A stretch of 64,000 nt of DNA, taken from positions 186,001 through 250,000 of the forward strand of contig JAQGDQ010000234.1 of assembly GCA_030141605.1 (NCBI GenBank), in the 5' to 3' direction. A program made the translations under genes and the position numbers. This document shows, piece by piece, positions 19,401-33,198 of the stretch; within the stretch, counting starts at the first letter, position 1; each line of letters begins with the position of its first letter. The notes beneath the pieces are model-generated. The model was not told the origin of the DNA. It did not search any database and worked only from the letters and a program-made list of their open reading frames with translations. This stretch comes from Tubiluchus corallicola. Lineage: Eukaryota; Animalia; Priapulida.

Positions 19401-22400
19401 TGGTTGGCTTCACAGATACTATTGTAAGATTATCAATACACCGTTTTGGAACGGCGTTTGCTTTTGTAGTCTGTTTGACAAACCAAGGTTTTCTGTCATG
19501 GGCATATTGTGCAAATGCGGTAATACTGCACTGTCGGCTGACATCATAGAATTGGAACCGTAAGAATATTTATATAAAATATTCAGTTGATTTGTCTTTG
19601 CCATTTTTAACTTTTGTGCATACTTCTTATTTTGCAGCAAACTTTTGACTTATTTACCTTTTTATCTCCTAGTATAATTTAACTCAGTCACACTTGTGCG
19701 AATGGGCGATATGTTGGGTTAGTTTAGGTTTTGGCTTTATTTGTCTGACATAGGTGCAAACGCCAAACGCGGGCAGTAAATGTTGAAATGATTGTACACG
19801 CAAGTACATGCCATTGAAGAACGAAATAAAGAATGGATTCATGAGAAACATGTCTGCAAGCAATAGTTTTTCTACATGATTCTAGTACCCTTAGTTACAG
19901 ATGCCTAGTTTTTGTTCTGTGTATGTGTATATAGTGTATATAATGTACCAAATCATTACAATCTTTGTAGTTAAAGTGCAAGTGCCACAAAAGTTTGTTT
20001 AGAGATCAAGTGCATGATATAACCCAGTTTTGGGTTCCTTACACAATGGCTACCAAAATTAAAGTCTCAAAAATAGCCAAAATAATGGGGGTAGCTGCAA
20101 ACGTGAATTAAATAAAACCAACGGACGACGAAAATCACGAGATTGTCCTGCGTTTGCGGAGTTTTTTGTGAAAGTTCTTAAAAAAGATCCATAATTGCGT
20201 TTCGAAGGTGGAGATAGACGGTTGTATTGTGCAGTCGGTAGATTCCGAATTTCCTTGCAAACGTGCAGTTAGACAGTTGTGCTGTTAAGTCGATAGATTC
20301 AGAATTTCCTTGCGAAAGTGGAGCTCAGACGTTTGTGCTGTGCAGTCCCTCAGATTCCAGAATTACTGAGCTTAATATTCATGTATGTTACTCTAATAAT
20401 TTTTCCATTAGTATTTCGTTTGACCATATATATAAATACAATTTTTAATCAGTATAGCATATAAGAAATATAAACATTGACAAAATAGTCACTTTGAGGC
20501 GTCCACAGAAATAACTGAATCTTATTTGTGTACATGTGCTTGGCTGAGAAAGTTAAGCAGTGCAAGACTTAGAAGAAGAATGGCCTATTGATGGATATTG
20601 GGTAATGGCTAGGATGGTTTCTTTTGCCATGCAGTCTCCAAATATTTTGCTCATTGAGAGCATGCATCTGAATTTATCTACATGATGGTGCTTGGCCGAT
20701 TTCATTTAACATTACATTTTACAGGCTATCTTAGATACTTCACTAGGTTCTGGTCCTGCCACAATCATTTAACGTTAGTATTATGTTGAGCATTGAATGT
20801 TAAACCTGGTGTGCAATATGACAAAATGTATCAGAAAACTGGTCATTTTAATTATGAGAATCTTTGCACGCCCAAATTTAATTTTTCTCATTATTTTTGA
20901 GCAAGACAAATTTCTTAACTTAAGGCTTCACACAAATAAAAATGTGTGTGTATAGTACATTAGCTATGTGTATGTGAAAATCATTTGTATGTATGAAATT
21001 GATAATGCATCCTTGTAATTGCAAAAATATTTTATTGACATCCTACATTTGTTTCACCTGGCTCAGGGCTTCCTCAAGAATTGCAATGCAAACAAAACAT
21101 GACATTATTCTGTAAAACAGAATGATTGGAAAGAAAATTGCTCCAATTATTAATGCAATTTCCTTTGACCTCTGTTTCAGTGACTATAATATGTGCTGTT
21201 TGTTTTGTACTCTTCGAGGATGCTTTGAACAGGGCAAAACACATGTAGAACAGGATGGCCAGATTTTGATAATTGGATGAATGGATTAATTTACTGAATG
21301 GTTGTCTTTTGGCCAAGCTTTTACATTTTATCTTTCACATTTCACTGACTTTTATAATTCTGTTATAGTGCAGATAGACATAGCTGAATTTTTTGTCAGA
21401 AAAATAAACATAATACATTTTAAAAAAATCAGTCGTTGTGTCGTGCGAGAACCATGTAAAAATGTCGCATGGGACTATGTGACAGACAACAGAGATAGCA
21501 ACAGTGAATCAGAATTCATCATACCCGATAAAGACAATGACCTGTCCAGTTATGCAAAGAGGCACTTAATTCATATAGCCAAAGAACTGCTGGGATCCAA
21601 TGAAGTTGGTAAGGAGTCACTTTTCCACTTAAACTTTTTGAGAAGTGATGAGTGTGACAAAGTTTTTAATACTTACTGCTAACCAGCCTCTAACAGTGAC
21701 CCGAGGTGATATCTCAAAGCCGCTGTGCCAATAGTGATATATCACTGTACCATCAGTCGACTCAGAAACTTGTCATGCCAGAAAGAAAATAAAAATATCA
21801 ATAGTAATAGTGCATTGCAGCAGCAACTAGCAGCACAAGCAAGCAAAGAAACGTGCCATTTTTACCTAAGAAATGGATGCAAATTTGGAATTAGCGACTA
21901 ATGGGCAAACTCAGTCACGCCAAGACATGCAAAAACGCTTAGCTCCTAAGGCAAATGGTTGCCAGTTGAGAATGCACCTTTTTTTCATCCAAAGATGTGT
22001 GGAAACTTGTTTTCAGTTGGTTAGTGTTTTAACCCTAATTGTAAATTTGTACATATTAATGATACCAAGGCCTTCCAGAACGACAAAGGATGACCAAAAT
22101 ACCTCTCCAAGTAGTGACACAAGAGCAGAGAAAGCCCACATCAAAGCAGCGACTTTTAATGACGAATTGCATAGCAACAGCGGTGTAATCAAAGAATAAC
22201 ACTTGAGATTGTGGTCGGAGGTCATCAAAGTAGGAGAAGTGCAAGCTACGGGTTCAGCAGATTCAACATCAAAGTGAATTGATTCAACAAATGCAACCAG
22301 CCCTTTCTTCAACTACAGAAACAACCACCGGACCAGTGTGGGCATAGCCGAAATTAATGGTGATAATGGACAATTAAATTCTGGTGTTTTAAATCCTGGT

Positions 22401-25400
22401 GGTGAAGTTTATGACAGAGTTATATAAGTTCTTTCTTTCAAAACACCATTCTGTTAAGTCATTCCCATTATCACTTTATTACTTTTATGCTCGAAGTCTT
22501 CGTAATAAGAGTTTTCGAAATACGTTATTTATTGTACTATGCACGCTTTTGTTTATAGTTTTATATGATTTAATTGGCTGTCTACTATACTAAAGTTCTG
22601 AATTAGTCTATGCTGCCATCTACAGGTATTTTTTCACTCTAATTGTACAGTGACTGTCAGAGATCAATTTATTACTTTCTCAATGTTTTTCTTTTTACTT
22701 TTATAGGTGTTCATGAGTGATTAGACTGTTAATTTCGTGTTTTAATTCTCTCCTTTATTAATTAATAAGTTAGTTTAAGTTAAAATAGAGAACAATCATA
22801 ACACAGCTTTGTGTAGTTAATCTTTATTCTGCTATCAATGAAGCCTAGTAGATGTTGATTTTGGTTTTGGTTTAGCTGGTAGTCTGTAGTCAGTGTAGTG
22901 TGTAGATCACCTTACCTTTTTTATTGTCAACATGCAAATGGTATGATGTACCTGTCCAATAGCAAATACGCATTTTTAGTCATGTGATCACTGTTGAATT
23001 TCTGTAAAGCCTGTAACTTCATGACAAGATGTCTGCTAATAAGTACAATCTGTAAATTCAATAAACTGCTTCATTTTTTCTATATTATAAGTCACTCATA
23101 CATGACAGATTGACTTATCTAAAGTTAGGCTCATTAGAATTATATCGTCTTCATAAGGATCTTTTAATATGTTACGATATGGTGCACAAATCATGTGCTT
23201 TTTAATGAATTTTTTGTTCATTCTCTTCTGTCACAAGAGGGTATTATTTGAAACTCTAAGTTTTGTAGGATTGATTGTTTTCTAAATTTTCAAACCTCAG
23301 TAGATGCATGTAGTTTTGCTCTTTGTGTTTTTGGCTGCATTCCGGTTTGTAAATAGTGTAAACATTTTTATGCCGTTTTTGTAATTCGTTTTATCTATTT
23401 TATGGCTGGATTGCAAAATAAGTGAAAAAAAGTAGGTATATTTTGTCAATATGACTGTATTTATTACATGTAATTGCATTTAGCAAAGCATCTAGTTATA
23501 TATGCCAGATTTGACCTGTTGCAAATGATAACAAATACACTGCAGTGATTTCACAATACGCCAGTTGTACAAATACATTGCACAACTTAAAAAAATTACT
23601 CTAGCTTCTGTTAGTTCAACATTAATTTTTGGATATGACCATGTATATGATACAATTTAAGTTCAATGCAAATGTGCAGTAGGGTTAGATTTCAGAAATA
23701 CAATACTCTACACCATTTTAGGATTTAGAATAACGTACTATAATTACTTGCTGGATTGACAGAAAAACTTGGGATCAGTCCAAATGATACAGTCAATGTT
23801 TAAATAGCGGTAACAACTTTATCCATTAATTATTAACCAGTGTGATTCACCTCTTGGTTTTGAAGCTTTGCGATTACCATAGAATTCATTTATTACATAC
23901 AGTTAGTAAAAGAATTTAGGGATTATTTGGTTTTTTATTAGAAGAAATTATAAGAAATTATTTTGGTGTGCATTTTAGGCATGGCCATGTTGGGCATAAC
24001 TGCTGCATTAATCCCACATTTTAATGAACTTCTATTTCTTTTTAAGGTGTGTCCAGATGCGTCTCTATGCTCTCAGCAAGAGGAATTTTTTCGTCGTATT
24101 TTTAGTCTTCTTTTCCAGCTTTTCGCTGTGTCTTTTTATTGGCTTAGCAGGTAAAAGAGATTTTTTGCTTCACAGCATTTTATGAATCATTGCCTTTTGA
24201 GGACCTTTTTTGGACAAAAACACAATACTTTCATAAAACATTTAAAAACACTTCATTTGGTGTTTACATGTTGCTAATTGTGCATCAGGGTGAAAGATCA
24301 TATTCATCTTTTTAATATTGCATTTTCATAAATATCATTTAAATATCCTTTTCATTTTATCATTTTGCTTGAAAGTCTAATTTATCATCTTGTTTTTAGA
24401 CCTATGGTTAAATTATATCTGATTCCTGTTTTCACTGACATGTAATTATGAAAAATTGATGTGCAGACATTCATTTTCATACGTATAGCTGTGTCGTGTC
24501 TGTCTGTTGTTTAGTATTATTTTCTGACTGTTTTTCCCTAACAGGACCTCCGATCACAGTAACAACCGATCAGAATGCCACTACACTTACACCTAAGCCA
24601 AATAACTCTGCTGTAAGTAGATATGACTAAACTAAAAGCCTATATAACATTGCAAAATTTTTATACTGTCTGTAAATGTTAATAATAGTTATTGTTCCTT
24701 TTGTTACTAGCACTTTTGTTTTCACAGAATGTATGATATAGAGTTGCCATTTAGTATGAATAATTATAACTCATTATCTAGTTCAAAGTAAGTTTTAGTT
24801 GTGCTACAACTGCAGGAGTGTTTATTTGTGTCAAGTGTGCAAGTAAATAATTTCTAGCTTATAACTACAACTTGCAAATGCAGATTTTTATCTTGAATTC
24901 ATCATATTTTTCAGTCTGGGCCATTCTATCTCCACACTCCACCTTTGTCTACATACAGCCAGCAGCTATGGCTTCTAGCTCAAATTATTACCAAGAAAAA
25001 AGATGGTGAGTAAAAAATTAAAAATGCAATTATTTCTTTAAGCTTTTCACATGTTTTCTGGGACTGTTTAAGTGAAGTGCTACACTATGGGAATTTTGGA
25101 ATAGTGTATTTTCAATTGACTTAGTTGCTATTTTCACATAAAATGCGTTACATTTTTACATTAATACATTTTTTTAACATCTTGCTAAGATTTAACAGGA
25201 GTTTATTAGTATTTTTTGCATCGTCTTGTCAGATAATATTTATTTCTAGATGAAACATTCCAGAAGTCATTCCAAGTGAATGTCATGATTAGAGGAATAG
25301 GAAAGGATGATACCCGTACTGTATTGATGGGTGAGAAAAATAGTCCAAATAAAACTCGGAATTTAGAATGTAAAAATGCGGTAAGTTCATGCAGCAACGT

Positions 25401-28400
25401 TTAGTTTACTTATAATTACTGGAAAATATATTAGCTTTTCTGTAATAAGCCATCTGTCTGCCTGTTTCTTCATTTAGACATCTGTTGTTAGTAGAGTTAA
25501 TTCTCATTAGTTATTCTAAGTAATTAATGTTGTGAGTATTTATTGATTCTATGACATGACACGGATATTTCTTCTATTATTTTGTGCTTTGTTTTAGGTG
25601 TGCAAGGCGTTTACCATTCTGCATCTTGGGTTCTTGGATTATCCACATTATATTATCACTGTTAGGTTCTTTGACTTGGAAAGCACGCACGAGAAGTACA
25701 ACATTACTAACGTCCGATTTTATGTATGTATTGTGTGTTTGTTCATATGTCATCCTTTTTTGTGTATTGTCTAATTCTGGTGTGTAGTATGTCATTTTTT
25801 ATACACAGTGATACTTTATATTTACAGTGGTACTAGAATTTTCTTAGTGAGAAATAGGTGAATGTAAATTTCGATCTAAAAGTATAGTATTATTTGATGT
25901 TTACTAGTATTATGATAGACGTGCATTAAATTATGCTGAGAAATTGCTAATATTATGGTTTTGTTTTCAGTTTAATTACTACAATCCATCTTTTACGAAG
26001 ATAGAGATTTGGTTCAGGTTCATCTTTTTAGTGATCACATTCCTGTTGACGGTAAGTTTGTGTTTCTCTTCTCTCTCGGTAATGAAACCTGACATCTTCT
26101 TGGGATGCAGCAGTGCTAGGGCTATCACAAGAAATCTTACCTTTTAAAACTTAGCTAGACAGTTAAAAGAATAAAATTTTGTTTGCTTGGGGTTATGGTA
26201 TATGTTTTTTTGCTCATTTGCTGTTGTTATCTGTTTGTGCTGCTGTCCAGTAATTGCGGTTGCAATAGAAACACCAACCAAATGTGACTTAAAATACAGC
26301 ACATCATTGTTGAGCTAGTGCAAAACAGTGTAGAAATTTCGGAAATAGCATTTGTTCCATGTGTTATTGAAACATCAATAATAGTGAACTCATATTAACC
26401 TTATGTTTTATGTTAGTTAGACATTATTTTTGCTTAAGCATTGAAGAGTAACTATTTTTACCAAAGACAAGGCATATAAATATCTGAAAAAATTTCATCA
26501 TTACTAAATAAATCGCAAGTGGGGTATCATTAAGCAAGGACTTATTACTGTAATAATATTTCTATAGTGCAATTCATTGTTACATTTTAGTGTTGGTTTG
26601 GCCATTCTTTGAGAAGATTTTTTTTGCGGGATTGGAGCATAGAGCAAAAGTGGATGGCAATGCTGTTGCCATTGTTATTACTGTATAACGGTACGAGCTG
26701 CTGTCAACAAGTATTACTTGATTATAAATAACAAAGTTTAAAAAAAGGGCCAAGGATTATTAAGTGTGGTAGTGAATTACTTCGCGTAAAATTGCGACAG
26801 CTAAACTCTTATTGTATGAAATGTTTGTCAAGCAGAACATGTCTACAACAGACATGTTTCTGCTTGAAATAAACTGGAACGTTCAGTAGGCGCACACTGT
26901 ACTTGAACTTGGTGTAATGCTATTATTGCCAAAAAGTTGTACAACATACTTATGTATCAGCTGGCGAACATGAAAAATGTGCTGAAATTTCGATTACGAT
27001 ATTATAAGAAGCAAAAACGAATTTGCTTGAAAAGTGAAGATTATCTTAAATCATTCCATTAGATTTTTCAACAGATGCAGAAGCTTCAAATCAATAAGTT
27101 AAAAATAAATGATGGGAAAAAGTTTGTACATCGCTATTGTTAAAATCTGCAGCAAATATTCTTCTTGTCTATCATTTTCAATGCAAATTAGACTAAGGTG
27201 TTTTTCAACAGCTGATCAACAGCGGAAATACCATTTCTTTAGAGGGTATTTAGTCACACCACTCAACAATTTTTGCCTTCAGTTTCATTGCATCAAACAG
27301 CGCTGTGTGGCCGTTGTACACTCACTAAGGAGTTCCAGATGCTCTAGTTCAAATGCCGATATATTTTAACTATTTAGAGAGGCGTTGTTAAACAGAGGGT
27401 AAAATTACACATTTAGCATCAACAGTAGCACTTTTATCTGCTAATGATAATTATTGCAATCAACCTGAATGGACAAGTTGAGTACTCAAGTGATCTGGCA
27501 CATACCTTTTAAATATATCGTTTGGCAGAATATTGTATTTTCAAAAAAAGCATTTTTTCTAATAATGCATTTGAGTCAATTTCTAAAAAACAAGGAAGCC
27601 TTAGTAATTATACTACAAACTTGCATAGGGAAAGTTTAAAAATTCAATTTTGTTTCAGATCCCCTATTTCCTTTGATGTTTCTTGTCAACAGTTGGGTGC
27701 CTGGGATGCTGGATGCAATGTTCCAAGCAACCTTCCTGTGTGCCCTCCTACTTTTCTGGCTGTGTATTTATCATGGAATTAGACAGGTGAATTTTGCAAG
27801 TTGATTTTTTAGTCTGAATGCTTCTGAATACTCCCATTTAGTAGCAAAAGATGTAAGACAAGAATGAAAACAGAAGAATCATCGTTGTTCTTTCTTGTAG
27901 GCAATAAACAGTGCAGCATGTTGTAATAAAAATTTATCTACTATTATTATTAACAGTAGTTATCAGCAGTTGTTTACAACAATAAACTTTCAGAAATTAG
28001 TTTCTGCACATTGATTAAAATCACTAATGACACAGTAGCAATAATTGTTCTACTTTTTCAGACGAAACGCACTCTTATTTCATTTTATGCTCCCAAGTTA
28101 CTAGTAGTTGGACTGTTATGGATGTCTGCATTTACACTGGCATCGTGGCAAAAATACAACGAATTACAGGATCCTACTTACAATTATGCACTGGATATTA
28201 ACAACTTTTTAGTAAGTCAAGCTTAATAGAAAGGACTACTGATTTGGCTACTTTAAATTACTTTATTTATTTCTTGAAACTTTTAAAAGCAATGATTTTG
28301 AGTAGGTAAAAAGTTCTAGAGTGTGTGAAATGGTAAGCGCAGCAAATTGATACCATTCCTTACTGTATGGGTAGACTTTTAATTAAAAAAATTGCTTGGT

Positions 28401-30687
28401 GGATTGTTGTTTAGTTAAACTATACAAACACAAAGTATGACATGTTGAGTTATTGGTTATGCAATATTTATTTATGATTGTTTTCCAGGGCTTTAAAGTA
28501 TTCTTCTTCATCATCGGAGGGCTCTATTTGTTGTATTTAGTCTATCTTATCATCAGAGCTTATGCTGAACTGCGGTCAATGCCCTATTTTGGTGAGTGTA
28601 TTTGTACCATAAGTCCGTAACTTAATAATTGAGTAGCAGCTGTCTAACTTATTATACATGAGCATAAAAATCATTAAATTTGATGCCACAAGTTTTGCAA
28701 AGCTAATACAATGATAATTTTGGCAGTTGAGACTTCGATGGTTAAATTTTGGCTTCAGCTAACATTAGTGTTGTTTGTATACATCAAGCGAATAATGCAT
28801 TTTATTATATTGCTACGTATTTTTGTTTAAATACATATTCTTGTTGTCTTTTTTATTGTTTTGATTTATTGTTTTTGTTGCAATTACTTATCATTTATTT
28901 TGTTTAGTTCGAGCCAACGTTTTACTTCTTGCTTATCAATTTTGGTTAATTATGTTGTTTCCAAATCTTTTGTTGCTCCCCCCCCAAAAAAAAATTGTGT
29001 TCTCTTGCTTAGATTTATGTATTTGACTTTACTCAGTTTATTTTTTTTTGTTTTGTAGTTTACTGACAATTACTACTATTGTTTTGCTGTATTATTTTTT
29101 CTTTTTTAATTGATTTTGTTACCTGCAGCATCATAGTTTATTCTGAATTTTGTCAAACTTATCTATATGGAAGAGCAGGAACCTTTGGTTCCTCCCTGTC
29201 CTGCTTCATGATTGCAACTATCTAACATTTAACTAATACTTACTATAAACGATGTTGGAGAAAATAAATGTTCTATGTTCTATGTTTTATATGTACTTGC
29301 AGATTTACGCTTGAAGTTCTTGACAACGCTAATGCTGATCGTTTTATCATGCACGATAGCTATTACCTTCCTGAGATTTGGTGCCGGGGTTCTTCAAGAT
29401 AATTTTGTGGCAGACATCAAGACTCATTACAAAAATTCTGCAGAATTTATGGCTTTCTATGGTCTTCTTAATTTATACATGTACACTATGGCCTATGTGT
29501 ATTCGCCAGCAAAAAATGCTGTTTACGGTATGTTCTGACTTGATTTTATTATCCTTTAACAGTTCAATAATGTAGACCATCCATAGTGAACAAGTGCTGC
29601 AACTGAAAATGCATCATGTTTATGTTTTTAGCATACACTAGTGGAATTTTGCACTTGCTATTGTATGTAGCAGAAAAAAGTGGTGTTTATTTGAAGGCTG
29701 AAATGAACTGAAATTTTTATTGGTTATCTTCTACAATGAACTATTCCTATGAATCATTTTACATTGTGTATTTACTAAGTCTGATTGCATTAGACAAAAA
29801 TTCAACTAAGTTTCGTTTATTAAGGTCAATCTAAATTATAGATCTGTTTGTTTCAGAATCTCATTTCAAAGATGATCCCACTTTCTCCATGCTAAATGAT
29901 TCTGATGATGACGTTATATATAGGTATGTTAAAACTAAATATGAAATTTTACGTGATTTTTTATTTTACTTTAAATTTTAACTGCTTATTACTATGTAAT
30001 TGCTTTACAGCAAGCACTTTGAATAAGCAAGGAGTGACTTTGCTATTGTATTGCTTCAGTAATACGTCCATTTTTTAATTGGGACCTTTTTGAACGCTTG
30101 TGACAACCTTCTCATTGTATCTGTTTTCAATAATTCATAATGGTGGGACATGGTTGGATTTTTATTGTCAATTAATTGAATATGAAACCAATTCTCATAA
30201 TCGATTTGCAGTCACATTTTTATGAGAAAGCAGGCTCATGTGAAAATGTGTTCATGCTTATGATAATCGCGTCTAAGTGGCGCTGCCAGCATGCTACGCA
30301 GAGGTAGTGTCATATTACTTGATTTTGCAACAATGGCAGCTGTATTTGTTATGGTAAATCACATTGGTAAAACAACTGATTTGAATCGGAAGCTGAAACA
30401 ATAATCGATAATCAGAAATATATGCCCAAAGCGATTATAATTAATTAAATCGATTCATCATTCCCAACACTAGTAATATGTTCTTGGCTTGGTCTAAGTG
30501 TACTGCTTTTCTGGGATTTTGCTTATTTTTGTCAAAGTGTGAAAAATATGTATGTCAAAATGCCTATGAAATTTTGATAAGAACATCAGCAGAAAATTAT
30601 CTTCACTTGTGTTTTTTATATAGCGAACAAGAAGAGAGCTTGCTGCGAGAAACTGTTCCAAAACGCATAGACAGTGATGAGGACTAA
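16474..30687 (+). CDS. TMEM181: Transmembrane protein 181 (GPR178, Wntless-like TM domain), ~528 aa
   Basis: Phase-consistent exons: 16474-16622 (MADSLGYGY...SQFSDIFSEFGRHIAPTYQHDRCER), 24047-24150 (CVQMRLYALSKRNF), 24545-24612, 24915-25005, 25250-25380, 25598-25723, 25971-26051 (YNPSFTKIEIWFRF), 26591-26690 (RDWSIEQKWM), 27659-27786, 28062-28211, 28489-28591, 29303-29527 (QDNFVA...YKNSAEFMAFYGLLN), 29857-29923 (KDDPTFSMLNDSDDDVIY), 30624-30687 (stop). Confidence 0.96.
17540..17825. mobile_element. GC-rich hAT-type MITE end fragments in TMEM181 intron 1
   Basis: Termini resemble common non-autonomous hAT ends (...GTTGAAGACCATTG at ~17608-17621; ...TAAATCCGGCCCTG at ~17811-17824). Partner TIRs not found. 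Confidence 0.35.
17922..18740 (-). mobile_element. Degraded CR1/L2-group LINE fragment (RT C-terminal half) in TMEM181 intron 1
   Basis: LFRYADDNTLSC...LNWFTCNGFEANPGKSQ, then ISSSFNYCPLVWYFSG...KLEKLQERAIRFVFNDY...YGKRSFRYSASEIWNELP. Confidence 0.9.
19498..19559 (+). CDS. TMEM181: Putative alternative first coding exon of TMEM181 (MGILCKCGNTALSADIIELEP...)
   Basis: ATG-initiated open frame ending CC|GTAAGA in phase 2, the phase needed by the exon at 24047; preceded by a CpG-enriched promoter-like stretch (19180-19460). Confidence 0.6.
20205..20365. repeat. Degenerate minisatellite, ~2.5 x ~56 bp
   Basis: Recurring GTGCAGTC..TAGATTC..GAATTTCCTTGC..A.GTG.AG...AGAC unit. Confidence 0.7.
21380..22510 (+). 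mobile_element. Degraded LINE 5' portion: ORF1 with CCCH-type zinc fingers plus the very start of the ORF2 APE endonuclease
   Basis: 21851-22070 reads, with stops and shifts, TCHFYLRNGCKFGIS...CTFFHPKMCG...CFNPNCKFVHINDTK. 22472-22509 reads SLYYFYARSLRNK, like the N-terminal 'Y.NARSL.NK' motif of CR1-type APE domains. Left boundary approximate. Confidence 0.7.
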
Positions 30688-33132
30688 AGTGACAGACCAT
30701 TAACAGCAAAGCTTCTTACATTTCATTGAGCCAGTAAATTTTTGTTTAATTACCGTAATTAATAATTGTTTAGAATGCTTTTGCTGAAGTTTATTTTGTG
30801 GCCTGAATAACTCTGTAATTTTTCCCAAGCTCAGCAGAAATGTGAAACCAAGTATAAGGAGTTTATAAAACATTGTCGTAATCAGTCATTTTAATTGTGG
30901 TATGATGAGTGATTGCGTGTAATGTCTTTTTTCATATACCGAATCTTTCGATAATCAAAAGTTTGTTATTTACCTTAAACGTCATTATTAAAAAAACTTA
31001 AATGGCCAGTTCATATGTAATATAGTATCTCTTGAACAATAGGTTAAGCTTTTTTGGATTAGCATGATGCGCTTTTCAACATGTGACTTTTGTAAATTAT
31101 TTGAAATGGGGAAAGGAAAGAACATGTTAAAAAATATCAAAAATTAAATGTATGTCGATATAAAATCTAGTTGTTTATACTCGGGTAATACTTATGGTTT
31201 TTCTAACTGAGATTTCGGTTATTGGTAGTAAGAAAACACAAGCGGAAGCCAACTTTTATCTAGTGTCGCATTTGCTAATCCCTAAATTGACATTGCAGTG
31301 AAGTAAATTAGGGTTTGCAAGATCTTGATGTCACCTTGTCTCTTGTAAGTTGGCCATGTTCAGAGAAATGGTGGCACTAGTAAAAGCTGTCATCCTTGAA
31401 TGCATTTTATTTCTTACCTACCTGAATGGCATTATACTAGCTAGATGTACACCAACACTAGCTAGATGTACACCAGCTCTTATTAGCTTATGCAATGAAG
31501 TTGATAGGTGGCAACACTAGCTATGTAAATTAGTGCCAGTATACTGTGCACTACTCAGTGATATACTTTGACAAGATTAGGGAAACGTATAAGCTGTTTC
31601 CTTTTGTAGACATGCTTACTTCAGTTAAATCCTAATTATGTTACCAAAGGGCATTTCTTTGTAGCCTAGTTGACTTTATTTCAACATTTGCATTTATGAC
31701 CATTTCTCGCCTTGTCTTAAGGTAAATTTCTATTAGTTTCTTTCGCAAAGGTTATACCTACGCACCTGTTTTTTTGCAGTTTTGTTTCAAATCTTATTGT
31801 TCTGTTCTGTTTCAGGTCTTAATGTATTCTTTTTCATTCATTGGAACGTCTAAAACGTTTACTTGCATGGACGTGTATTAGTTCAAGAGGCATTACAGTA
31901 CAAACATTCCATTACTTGAAGGGTAGTTCTATTAGTTTGGTGTTGAATCACAAATGCTAGAATTTATACATCCTTTTGCATCAACTTTGTGTTATTTTTT
32001 GCTGTTGCTATATTACAGAAAAAACGTTTTAGTGATTGCTGCAGAAGTAATTGAGCTTTCAACTTTTGCCCAAATAAATGAACTTGCGCAGTTGTACCTT
32101 GTTATTTGCAGATTTACCTGTCTGCAGTTAGCTTGCTTAGTTAGTGGCACGAAGAATTGCATTTAGTACCATAAATTGTCATCTACCAGTATTACTTAAA
32201 AGACAGTCTTGGAAGAATGGTAAAAAATGGTAGCTTATGATAGTTTAAAATTTGTCAATAATCGAAATACCCTTAACAATTGCTGCAAAACTTCCTACTC
32301 TACAGTGATTTACCGAACAGAGTAATTTCTATGCAACCTCTGCAAAAATACCATCTACACGTATGTTTGTCCAATAGCCATGTAAGTACAATCGGCATGA
32401 GTTTTACTTAACAAAGTTAAAATGCTATTATAGTAAGCTTTGTTTGGAAATATGTTGTCAGGGAGGCAGTACCCCATATAACCCAGACTGGGCCACTTTA
32501 CACAACAGCCATGTTATCACACTTACCAGTGTAAATAAATCAGCTAACATTAACTAATAAAACTTAAACTTGTAATCAAAATAAGGTTTTGTTATCAGAC
32601 CATTTTATCATGATTTGTTTAATGTTTGGTACTGATATCCTGAAGTGAAATTGAAAGGCACTTTATGTAAGTGGCTTGTGTAGTTTGTCTACTACATTTC
32701 CAATTGCAGTAGGTAATCCAAGAGTAATGAGGTATACTTACATTTTAAATTGCTTCCTGAATTTCATTTTATTAACTAGTTTGCAATTACAGTCCATTCA
32801 CTGTGAACACAAAATACCAAAGCACTGAAATGTGAAAATATTTAAGTTATATACACTTGTACAGAAGCCTGTATAATTTATTTATTTGATGTTGTGATAA
32901 AATTGTGTATAGCAAAATTTTATTTAAATGGTATTTATTTCTAGTCATCCTTTAAGTATTTACACACTGTTTGTGTATTTAATATCATATGTGTTGTACA
33001 ATCTATTATTCTTTGTGTTACAATGATAATACCAAGTTTACTTAATACTTTTTTTTGCAGTCCCAAAGTATGCGATATAAAGAGGTTTGACTGTACTTGT
33101 GTTAGTATTTATCTTCATAAATATGTTTGTCT

Positions 33133-33198
33133 AATAAATAAGCCTCTAATTGTATGTACTAATTAATAAAATTGTAAAAAAATGTAAGACAGTTTATT
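33133..33198. terminator. Candidate convergent polyadenylation signals of TMEM181 (+; AATAAA 33133-33138 and 33165-33170) and RAB3GAP2 (-; AATAAA 33193-33198)
   Basis: Hexamers are visible, with a GT-rich stretch downstream on + (~33210-33235). Actual usage is inferred. Confidence 0.45.

Noticed and set aside
20205-20365. Repeat-spacer-like pattern (also 62716-62935) as a CRISPR array
   Set aside because: The units are contiguous degenerate tandem repeats without unique spacers, the context is eukaryotic and no cas genes are present.
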